Assembly: GCA_030765685.1 (NCBI GenBank)
Contig: JAVCCB010000015.1
Span: forward strand, 8,113-72,112
DNA: 64,000 bases
DNA from: Candidatus Tantalella remota
Lineage (GTDB): Bacteria; Omnitrophota; Gorgyraeia; Tantalellales; Tantalellaceae
Reading direction: 5' to 3'
The notes below the pieces were generated by a model, which was not told the origin of the DNA, did no database searches, and saw only the letters and a list, made by a program, of their open reading frames with translations. Below, one piece after another: positions 1-12,000 of this stretch (position 1 is its first letter; every line of letters starts with the position of its first letter). A program made the position numbers and the translations under genes.

Positions 1-1
1 T

Positions 2-3000
2 AAACATAAAGGAACCCTCATAGAGAAAGAAGCTGTTTTTCACGAGTTGTGGGAGAATAACTTGAAAGAAAAGCACGGGACATTGAAGGCGCATCAACTT
101 GCTTCGGCGATGCAGTCACTGAACACGGAATTCCGTGAAGAAGGTCAGACTCTTACACGTTATCATTTGGCGCAGGTCACAAGTGACTTGACCGCGGCGG
201 AATTGCAGTCATTGTTGGCAGAAGACCGTGGAGCTATACGCGAGCTTATTGGGGCAGAATTAGGACCGGTAGCAAGAAGCGCCATCGAAAGGTATGAGGG
301 GCTGGTGCAGGACCAGGCGCGTATTCAGCTCGCTCAGGCCAAAGCCGAAGCCGAAGCAAGATCCCATAAAATTGCGAGGGAAAAGGCTCGGGAAGCTAAA
401 AAAGGCCTTACAGAGTCAGAAATTGGTGAAGCTGCGGACAGAATTGTCGACAGACTTATAGCCGAAGGGCGTACGAGTACAGAAGACATTGATGAGTATA
501 TTCGGGCCCAGGAGAAGTCCTACGCGCGTACCTCTAAGGCATCTCAACCCTGGCATTACATAGACGATATCGCCAGAGAAGAGGGAATGCTCCCAGCTGT
601 CCGTATTAAGCTACTTGTCGAGATATTTGTTGGAGTAAAACAAAGACTTGCAGCGCATAATCAAAAAGCGAAAGCCGCCGCCGTGGAAAAAGCCAGAATA
701 GCCAAAGCCGAAGCCGCCAAAGCCGAAAAGGCTGCGCCTGCGGCAGAGCGTGTAGTGTCACTAGCTGAGAAGATGGAACAGAAAATGAAAGATATAAAGA
801 AAAGGCAGGACGACATACGGAAGAAAAAAGAAAAGCGTGCTCAGGCAGAAAAGAAGGCCAGAAGGGTTGCGGCGGTTGGAGATATACACGGGAATCTGTC
901 CAAGCTGAGAGAAATATTGAGAGAACTGACCGGGAAGGGAAAGAAAAGAGCGGATAAGATCGTTTTCTGCGGAGATTATATGGACAGAGGCGCAAGTGGG
1001 ATTGCAGTTGTGGAAGAGCTGATGAAACTGCAGGCAGACGGGAATGAAGCCGAATTTGTCATGGGAAATCACGATATGATGTTTCTTATGGCGATGCTCG
1101 CGGGGGATAGTACGGCATTTTATAACTGGCTGCGTAACGGTGGGGTTGAGGTGATGAAGGAACTTGGGATTTCTCAGGAAGAGGCGATGGACAATATCTC
1201 AAATCCAAGAAAGTTGTTAGATCTGGATAAAAGCGGAAGGCTGAAAAAGATAATGGGCTGGATGGTCGAGAATCTTCAACTGTATCATGTTGACGAAAAT
1301 GGGATGCTATATCTGCATGCAGGTTTGCCGGTTAACAGTAATGGTCAGCTGACCCTTGAGTATGGAGGAAAAAGAGGTCTTGAGGCTCTGGATAAGATGC
1401 AGGAAGACCTGCGGAAGGATATGAAGAATCTTGCAGAAGGCAGAGAAGCCGAGAGTGACATATTTAGAAATCTGGGCGGTAAGGATTCTCCTTTATGGGT
1501 GAGAGGATGGGAGGAGAATCTTAAGAACCGGGAGCAGGTGAAGGGACTATGTGATCAACTCGGGGTCAATGGTATAGTTTTCGGACATACGAGGCAAGAT
1601 GAGTTGTTGAATATTGATGGGATGATATTCGGGATCGATCAGAAAATATTTGGTGATGAGGGAGGTATTCTTTTTGTCGAAGAGGAGGTCTTTAAGTGGA
1701 AGTCCATGGCTGTCGCGGGCATGAAAACTGTGGTTATAGGCGGGATAAAAGGCGGGCAGTATGCGGAGCTGGATGCTGAAAGCGATAATTTGACAAATGA
1801 AATTGGTCTAATGGAAAAGGAACTTTCTATTGAAGAAGAAGCGCTTGCAGAAATGTTGGCTGAAAAGGAACGCCTGGAAAAAGAAGCTGTCGAAGTTGAA
1901 AAGAAGGCGGCCCGGGAAGAGGTAACGGAAGAGCAGGTAAAACTTGATACCGCGTTAAACGCTTTTACTGATCAGGAAATGACCGATTTTATTGAGTTTA
2001 CGGATGGCTGGACTTCGGCGGACAGACTATGGCTTATTGAAGAGTTGTCCATAAGGGCCTCTCCTGCGGAAGGGCTGGGAGTAAGGTTTAAACAGCTATC
2101 CCCTGTGGGTGTCCATACTATGGTCGCTCTTGTCGAGTATCTTGATGCCGACAAAAAAGTCGTAGGTAGCCGTATAGTTAAAAGAGCGGAATCCGGTGTC
2201 TCTGATGACAAAGCCAAAGAAGATCAGCTGGCGAATCAATACGAAATGGGGAAAAGGGTGTCATGGAGCGCCAGGACCTATGAGGTAGTAAGAAGATCGG
2301 GAATGCCGCTGCTCGTAATGGCCGAACAGGTACAGCCGGCGTCAGATTATGCAAGGAACGATAGTCAGGTAGCTGAGGTGAGGGAAGCCCTCGTTCGCGT
2401 GTTGGACACCATGTACGATGACGAGGAGGGACATTTTACTATTACAGATACGCAGGATGAGTCCAGGCTGATGGACAATATAGGTGTGGTTACGGGAAGC
2501 TCCGGAACGGTCGTCGTTAAGATGATAGATATGGGTAACGTTACAGAGACTTCAGAGAGCCGTGACGCGGCTAAGGAGCGTATTCTCGCCCGTCTGGATG
2601 CTGAGCTGGTGGAGACTCAAGCAGAGAAGGAAGCCGCGGAACAGATCGTGCTGGCTAAATCAGGGATAACCGAAATGATGAAAGCGCTCACTGACCCGTC
2701 AATATCCGCGGAGCGTGCCGCGGAACTCAGGGCAGAACTCAACGACAGGCTGAAGGCCATGGAAACGGCGATTGCCCTGGCGAGGTCTAATCTGGGAGAG
2801 ATGCCTGACGGAAAAGTCAAGGCGCAGTTTTTAAAAGACATCGCCGCACTTGAGACTGATCTCGCCTACATTCAGGATTACCAGCCCGAAATACATCTTC
2901 AAAAAGCCGCCCAGCGCAGAATAGAAGAAAATCTCAAAGGGAAAAAGACAGAGAACCTTATAGCTATAGCTAAGGGGCAAAACCTGGATGCGAGGGAACT

Positions 3001-6000
3001 TGCCAGAACGGCGCTTGTTCTCCTGCTGATCGATGGCGGTGTGGATCTGCCCGAAGAAGCGGACGTCCTTTTGAAGGATAAACCCGGTCAGGTGCTCTTT
3101 ATAGAGGCGTATATGAACGCGGACCAGGGACAGAGGAGGATTATAGACGGGATACTTGAGTCGGCTCTCCTTGAAAAAAAAGGGACAGAAGTTTTCAAGG
3201 GAGCGGTAGATGTTACCAGAAGTGTAGTGCAAAGGCTCAATGAAAGTATATTGGACAAGGAAAAAGACCTGAGAAAAAGACTAGATGAGATGAGGGGGAA
3301 GGGCGATGCGGAGGCGCAGCCTATTGCCCTTTCCGGCCAGGCGCGGGATTCTGTCGAGATAGAGGCCGAACTGGAAAAGCAGCGGGCCATTCTTCAGGGG
3401 CTTAAAAAAAGGCTTATTCATTTGGCCGATAACAAGAGCTTATGGGATGAGGATATTACCAGCTACGAATTTTCCGATTTGAAGGACCTGATCTCGAAGA
3501 CTGGGAGACAGTTGGATAGTGCTATGGGAAAGTGCATGGATGATGTCAGGAGCAGGGTCGTGGATCTCAGGACAAGCATCCCGTGGCGCGAAATAGAAAC
3601 GACTCCCGTCGGGCAGAAAAGCCAGGTCATAGAACATGAGGGTAGGTTTATTCTTATTTCTACCGCGGAGCTTAACGGATACAAAGAAAGCCTGATAAAC
3701 GCGGAAAAGGAAATGCAACTGGAGATGATCTGTACGCGCCTTGATGTGGCCGAAAAAATGAGGGAATTGAGAAGTTTCAGGAATATACTGAATATGGGAA
3801 AAAAGAAAAAAACAGGTCATGCTATAAAAGTCATACTGGAGAGATGGGCCGAGGTGTTGAGGCAGGCCGGAGTGCCCGAAGCCAGCATCAAGGAGGTCGA
3901 AAAGCATATCAGTCGTTTCAGTCTGAGAAAGGCTGAAAGTATTATAGAGGAATTGCAGGAGTTGACGACAGAATTTCAGAGTACGGCAGGTATAACCGGT
4001 ATGGAACTTATTAAAAACCATGTCGGAGCTCTTGTTTTTGAGCTTAAAAAGAGCGTCACGCCAGGGACTATCGGCAGTGATGTCGGCGAGGTAACGGATG
4101 AAAATCTAATGAAAACCAACCGGGAGGTCACGAAAGAATTTATATCTGCCCTTGGAATTCTTAAGGAAGACGAGCGCCTGGCAGGTATCATAGATCAGAA
4201 AAAACTGGACGAGTGTAACCGGCTTTCTGGTGAAATACTGAAAGAGATAGAATATCAGATAAAGACGAAGAAGGACCGTTCAGGTCAAATAACCTCGAAG
4301 ACGGGGAAGCTGCTAGGCCTCATGAAGAATATGTGTTACGGAAGAAGCGTCGAGATGATAGTGGATATTTTAAAAAGTGAAATGAAGGACGCAGAGATCA
4401 CTCAGGCAAAGTTAAGTGAGGTTTTTGGTGGATTGGGCATAACGGGCCGCAAAAAAGAACAGTCTATTAATTCGGTCCTGGTTGAATCACTGACCAATGA
4501 GGACAGGTTCGCCAACCTGGCAAAAGAGATATCTAATTACATCGCTACCGGACTTGTGGGAACAGATCAGTTTGAGAAGTTCTTCGGTGAGAGCGACCAG
4601 GTGAAGGGCGCACTCGGGGATATTTCCGTGGCCGTTAGAGTTGGAGAGATCATCAGGGAAAAGGTGAGAGGCGCGGACGGAAGGGGGAGGGAGAGTTCTT
4701 CCGACAACCTTGAGAAAAGGCTGAATAAGAAATTTGACGACCTGGACGCGAGAAGGAAACTCGCTGCCTGGTACCAACTGGCGGCGATAACGACGGAGGG
4801 CAAATCACCGTTCGTCCAGCAGGTGGAAGCCGGGTTCTTTATGGCCGACAGTTTTTTTGTGGATATAGCTACCGGAGCGGGAAAGACCCTTGCTTTTCCT
4901 CTCCCGAATATCATGAACACCGCACGGGGGCTTAACAGCGTGCATTTGGTCACGGACGATTATTTCACCGAAAGGGATTTCAGGGAGACGCGTTATCTTT
5001 ACGAGATGATGGGGTACAGTGTTGATTATATGGGCGGTAACGAAAAAAGTGTGAAGAAGGCATCGGAAAGGATAGAGAAGAACGATGTTGTTATCATGTC
5101 TTACTCCGCGCTCAGTTTCACCTGTCTTGAAGCCGTCGGAAGAAAAGCATTACCCGAGAACCAGGAATGGTTCAAGCTCCTGAAACAAACCAGGCTTACG
5201 TTCGATGAATGTGACGTCGCGCCGTATCTTTCGGATTTTATAATCGCCGCCCAGCAGAACAGGGTGAGTGTAAGGGAATACGTAAGGTATCTGGCGCTTA
5301 TAAAGACCGTGAATAAACTGCAAAAGGAAGGTCAATTGAAAAAGATAATATCCCAGTTAGAGAGGAATTTGATTGCCGTTAAGGCAGTGGCCGAGGACGA
5401 GGCGGCGCAAACGGAGCAGGCGGAACAGATCGAGAAGCTGGCGAAAATGTTGGGACTTAAAAAGGGCGCTGTGGCAGTTGCCGAAGGCAGACTTTCGATT
5501 GAATCCAAGGAGGGGAAACGCGAGCTAAGACCGGAAGACCTGAGCAAACCCGTTTCCCTGGAAATCGAAGGCCAGACGTTCGTCTTAGCTCATTCAAAAG
5601 AATCAGGGTTCGTGGTGAAGAGGACCGAACTGATCGGCGAAGAGGTAAAAGATGCCAGGGGCGCTATGATAGATACCACTTCAAAGACGGCAACGGTGGA
5701 TGACGGGACATGGGAGGTAGTGTCCGATATGCTCAAGAAGGTTTCTTCGGAACTTTCCGAGATGTTTTCGGGGATAGAGAAAGAGTCTTTCGCGAAGGAC
5801 GAGTTTCTTGACTGCGTCAAGGCGCTTTATATCGACAAGCTGGGCGTTAATTATGTGCTTGAGTACATGGATGAACGCGCGTCGAAACCTATAATCCTGA
5901 ACGAAAGGGATGGGGAGATAGTGATCGAAGATACGGACGGGAAAGAGTACCCGGCTGAATTCCAGACCAGCCTGCAGGAAGACGGGTCATTCAGGGTGAC

Positions 6001-9000
6001 CTACCGGGGAGAGGAGAAGGCGCTTCTTAACGAAGACTTTTTCAAGGATGAAGAGGGTGAGGTACGAGGTGATCAAGATCAAAAAGTGATCATAAACATA
6101 GGCGAGAAGAGATACAGGGTCAGGCGGGCTGAGAAGGGCGGATATCGCTTGCAGGAAGTATCCATGGAGGTCGTCCTTGTGGATGAGCAGACTTCGCGCA
6201 GGCAGGGTGGACAGAGAAAGGACAGGTTCCACACTTTTTATGAGATGAAACATCAGCTGGGCGAAGGGGATATGCCTGAGGTGAGGCCCGGGAACAAGAG
6301 TACGGAATTCCTTTCTTTTACCGACATAGTTGACTTCGTCGATTCAGTTGGCGGCGCGAGCGGATCTGTCGCCACAGCGGCATATGTTATGAATGGGCTG
6401 TTCGGTGAAAAATCTAACGGAGTGGTAAGGATGAACCCCGCTTTTTCCAAGAAGGGACCCGATAGAATGCCAATATTTATCACGAGCGACAGGGTGCAAT
6501 GGGATATGGCCCTCAACAAGATCAAAGATATATACACGGCTTCTCCTGGAGCCGCTATGATCCTCTATTACGATGATATATATCAGGCAGAAGCTTTCCA
6601 GGTCGAGCTAGAGAAGATGATAGAGAGTGAAAAATTGGCGGATACCGCGGGCGGTGAGATAACCATACAGCTTTTTAAGGAAGAAGGGGCGAAGGAGAAC
6701 GAGTTTGTCGAGAAGGCAGGAAAGAGGAACACGATCACGCTTTCGGACGCGAAACTCGGCCGGGCGACCAACGTCATTCTTTCCGAAATAGTAGGTTTTA
6801 TTGCCAAGCACGGCGCCGCCGCCTTAACAAGACTTCTCAGGAGAAAAAAACTGGGGAGCGAGGAATATGACGCGCTATTTCTGCGAGAGTGGGCTGAAGA
6901 CGCGAAGACAGATATTGACGAGGTGAAAAAAGAGCTTGCCAAGGAGGGGTATTCCGCCGAGGAGGTGGATGTTAACCTGGAGAAACTTAAGAAAGGCGAA
7001 AGCGTCAATGCGGTCTTTCTTCACGTTCTCAAGAAGACTATCGACAAAATGAACGGGATAAACGAAGAAGTCAAAGGTCTGACAGACCTGCTTACCGATG
7101 AGAACGGAATATTCTTTATGTCCGATTACGGTAAAAGGGCGGCAAAGTGGAAGGAGATAGAGGCTTATATGAGCAAACTAGGAGCGGGGAAAGAGAGCGA
7201 AGTATGGCGTATCGTAAAACAGAAATATTGTGACGGCCTTTTTCTTATTGACCTTTCTCCGGATCTCAGCGACCAGGGAAAGGAGCAGAAATTCGGCCGG
7301 GCAAAGAGGCAGGGTGACACAGGATCTGTCCAGCCTTTTTATTCTCTCCAAAAGGGAAGGAAACTTTACGGGATGGTTGAGAAGATGTACAGCTCCCAAT
7401 ACAACAAAGACCTTACTCCGGAGCAACGAGAGGCGGGAAACGAGAAATTTGAAGAATTCGAGGAAAATATCGAGGTGATAGAAAAGCTTCAGGAAAGAAT
7501 AATACAGAAAGGACGTTTCGGGAAAGATATTAGCGATAAAGACATGGAGGATTTAGTCCGGCTACAGCGATATTTTAACGATGTCCTCCGGGAAGTCAGG
7601 ACGGGGCTTCAAAAGAGGCGTGACGATGGAAGAATAAAAAGGGCTAAGAGGGATCGCGCCACCCAGAGGCTGCTTAACGAGGTAAGGGACCTTCCGTTAG
7701 TTTTTAACGAGAAGGTTCGAAATAATCAGGAAACTGCTCGAAGGTGGCTGGTGGAAAGGGTGGACAGTATTCTGGATCTTTATATGAACGACATGAGTCA
7801 GGCGATTGACGACTCGGGGGTGGTCGATCTTGAGGAATTACTGGGGGTCATTGAGGAACACTTTCACGTGGACCTGGGCATGGAGAACCTGAAGTCCTTT
7901 CAGGTGGCACTGGAAGGGAAGAACGCCCGTGAACTTTCCACCGTGCGGCAGGACCTGAAAAGCGGCCTTCTGGAAGCACTTTACAGTATGGGAAGTGTTA
8001 CCTTGAAGGAAGGGTCCGGGGAGCTCTTGTCCGGTAACATTTCTGCCCGCCTGGAGCTTGATGACGAAGGCAAATTGAATGTAGAGGGTATGGAACATAT
8101 CCATCCTGATGGAAAGAGGGTCGAGATAGGCAAGGATCTTTACAGGGTCATATATGAAGATGACGGAAGCATGGTGGTTGATGGGCTCGGCAGAAGATTG
8201 AAATTTACACATGTCTACGGGACACAGGTCGTAGAACTTGAAGGCGGTTTTCAGGCAGCTGTTACGGAGCTCTACAGCGAAGGTCTTGACAGACTCAAGA
8301 CGGAGGTTATCCAGGAATCCCGGGAAAAGGGGCCGGAAGGGGTACAGGCCGACCGGGGAGACATAGGGTTAACAAAGGCTGCGATAAAAGAGTCCCAGAA
8401 ACGTTTTAAGGATAAACGCGATAAAGCGGTGGATTACGCTACAGAAGAAGGAAGGGAGCAACTGAAGAAGGCTTCAGGAAAGATCGATAAGAAACTTGAC
8501 GGGATGACGGACGCTCTTTCGGACCAGAGAACTGAAGCCCATGACCAGAGGGAAGCACTAAAAGAAGAAGGCAAATTAAAAGCCGTTGTAATAGAGAAAA
8601 AAGTCACGGTAAGGCGCGGTTTGATGAAACTCGGAGAGGATGAGGCAGGCGACGTAAAAGTCGGGATCCGGGCACCGAAAGAGGTAAGGTCCGGAGGCGA
8701 GGATATTTCCGGGGAGGCTCAGGCCCAGGTAATGGTGGCGGAGTCCGAGGCACCATCAGGAGTCAGATATTCGGTATCGATCGATTTTGCGGAGACTGTG
8801 GAAGATGCGAAATTAGAGAGCAGGGACGCGGAAAAGGCCAGGAAAATAGAAAAGGCGGTGGAAGACCAGAAAAAGGATGTCGAAGCGGAGGACGAGAGCG
8901 GGAAGGAAACAGCACGGAGCCATGAAGAGGGCATGCATGTGACGCCCTCCGGGGCCGATGTTTTTGTTACGGTTGAGAAGGAAAAAGGTGCTCCCCTGAG

Positions 9001-12000
9001 CGATGCGGAGTCGATCCAGGGTATAGCAGGGGGCGCCGGTGCTCTGCCGCCCAGGAAGTTGGGTGCACCTTTCGGTATGGTGATTATGACCACGGGGGAT
9101 ACCCTTGAAGGGCTGAATAGTGCCGAGAGACAGGAGATCGCCACGGCCCTGCGCGAGAAATTTTCAGGATCTGTGCCGAAAGGGCAGAACCTGTACATCT
9201 CATTTGACGGTCTCGGTGAAGGCAGCCTGGATGAGGCGACAGGCAGGATCTCTCCGGGGTTTACCGGAGTGAAGATATTTGACGGGACTTCTTTCCAAAC
9301 CCTGTCGAGAGTGAGGGAAGAGGCGCAGAAGGATGAAGCGCCCTCCCAGGAAAGGATGGAAGAGATCCTGGGGCTCGCTGGCGAAAAGGGTAAAAGGGTG
9401 TTCAGGAAGAAGGTGGGAGAAACTAATTTTCTTGTTACTGTCGCGGATGACGGAGTCACATATGTCAGGGAGCTCGGGCCTGATGTTTACGAGCAGACGA
9501 GAAGAGAGATCTTGCGCGCGAATTCGGTTCTTTCCGCCGCCGACGCGGACAGCGTAAACGCGGGATTGCGACCGGAAGAATATATGCTGAATGCCCGGGG
9601 CGTTTTTATACAGACCGGGGGGGAAGCCAAGATTCCCCCGGTAGTAGATCTGGTAGATGTAATAGCGAAAAACAATCCCGAAAAGGAAAAAATGGAAAGA
9701 CTTCCCCTCACAAAGGAGACGGGGCTTCCACTGCGGGGTTGGAAAGGCGAGAACTTTACAGGGAAGATGCAGTTTGTGGGACGGAAACTGGCGGTTCCGG
9801 TGGAATGGGTTAAATGGAAAGCTATAGGATTTGGGCGGTGGTGCATAAAGAAAAAGGACCGGGTTAAATACCGGTTTGGTCTTGCGCGAAAAGGGAAGAA
9901 CCCGGTTTCTTCGGTTGGGTGGGGGGTCTTAAGGATTATGACCCTTCCGGTAAGTATTGGTGAGTTCCTGGTGAGGGACGCGTTGAGAAAATTCAGCCTT
10001 TGGGGACAAAAAAGAAAGATAGCTTACAGGCGCACGCTGGAGCGCTCGAAAGACAGATATCGAAGAGGCCCCCGGTATAACGCGTTGATGTATCATCTTT
10101 CTAAAGTCAGCCCTGAAAAAAAGGTCGTGAAGGCTCTTGCGAAAACGGCTATCGCGCTTATAGACCTGTTCACGGCCAAAAGGGATATTACGGTCATAGG
10201 GACATCTCTCATGATGAGTCTTTTTTATGTAGCCGCTTTCGTGGGGGGGCTGGTTTACGTTCTTCTATGGCAACTTCCTAAGATGATCTTAAAACTTTTC
10301 TTATATCATTCCTGGCATTACCCCTATGCCAAGGTTAGCGGGTGGATGGAAAAACGGGTCGCGCAAAAGGAAAAACTTCCGGAAAGGGATGATGTTATTA
10401 AGATGAGAGCGCCCGCGGCTGTCCGGGAAGGGAGATTGACGGATGAGGAAGCCGTCACCGAGGCCGAGACCTTAACTGGTAGAAAGTTAAAAACGGCGGA
10501 CAGGACCGTGGTAGAAGGAGATGTGGGGGGGTACGATGTCAGTACGACACCTTTCTTCGTGCACGGGAAAACCCATTCCGGCAGGGTCCTTCAAATAGCA
10601 AAGTTGTTGAAGTACCTCTCTCAGGCGGACCTTTACGACACACATCCATTGTTCAAAGGGACATATAGCAGGATCGCCGATGTGCTGTTCGAAATGTCCG
10701 AAGATGCCGAAAAGACTGGCAGAAAAGAAGAGGCGGAAAAACTGCGGCTTAACGCGCTGAACTACGCGAAGATCGCTGTAGCGGTCAATCGTGACGATAT
10801 GGACTCGGAGGCGTTGCAGGGGATCTTAGCCTATTCGCTCGGAGATAAGGACACGGCGAAAAAGATCTTTGCCCGGGTTATAAAAAAAGGCGCGCCCCGG
10901 AATGACTATATGAGCATGGTCTGCGCCCTGCAGGGGAAGATGCTCGAAGAAGCCGGTGATCATCGCGCGGCCGCCGCGGCTTACAACAAAGCAAGGCTAT
11001 CGGAGGTGTTCGTTCTGGGCGAAAAAATATCCATGGCCGAGAGTAAGGCTCGCTGCATGGAAAAGGTAAAAGCCAAACCGGAAAAGGATGAGGAAACTCT
11101 TGAAGGGATGCCGTCTAAGGGGAAGGTCCCGGCAGGTAAAAAATTCTCGATGAAAGAACTTTTTAATAAGAAGACCCAGACGGTCATTATGGTCGTGACG
11201 CTTATTGTCGTAACACTGGCTCTTTTGAAAGTCGCGCCCTTAATCCTGCTCGCCGGCGTTATTAAGGGGCTCCCTCTAATTGGTGGTATAGGAGCGGGGA
11301 TAGAGTCCATTGCCGCCGGTATAAGCCTCGGCCAGCTATTCACCAGCATCGCCGGAATGAAGGCTCTTATGGGTATCTCAGGAGGGCTGTATACTGTCGG
11401 TATGCTTACATCTCTTGTGACCAGGTTCGCGCTGAAACCGATGGCTGTGGGCGCATGGCGGAAGGCGCGGGATCTGGTTACGGATCCGTTCAGGATACGC
11501 AGGGCTCTGAGAAATGAGATTAACGCGGTGAAGCGGACACCGGATAAGGCGGATCCCAGGATCGAGCTTATTAAGGCATATGAGCTTTTAGGGGAGAAAA
11601 GAAAAGCCAGAAAACTTTTGAATAAGACAGCCGGGATGGTACGCACGGGCAGGCTGGCTCCGGGTGAGGAAGTGAAATTTGTCGAGTTCCTTATGGATAA
11701 GGGGGAGAAAAAAACCGCCGAGGAACTGTTTCTTATAACCTATGCGAGGGCAGCGCCTGAGGACCGGGAAAGGTTCATGGACGCAGTGCCAGTGCTCCTG
11801 AGAGGAAGACTGGCGCTTCAAAAGGAGCCGGTTGATGTGGTAAGGATGAGGGGGGAGCCCGAAGATTTTATAGAAATTGCCCTCTATTGCGCTAACCAGG
11901 TTCTCGCGCTGGACGAAGATAACACTGAAGCGCTTCTGGTAAAGCTCGAAGCGCTTGCCGGGAAATACGCTAAAGAAAAGAACATGGAGGTTCTTGGAGA

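Noticed and set aside
47-49. TTG at 47 as the true start of ORF1
   Set aside because: The reading frame is open from nt 2 to the window edge. The N-terminus lacks the TM-anchor leader present on ORF2 and ORF3. No convincing RBS precedes 47. Treated as 5'-partial instead.
9921-10531. G6/G7 homopolymers as programmed frameshift or phase-variation sites within ORF1
   Set aside because: Both alternative frames terminate within about 100 nt, so the annotated frame is the only open one across the runs. No evidence of a frameshift. Kept only as a low-interest note.
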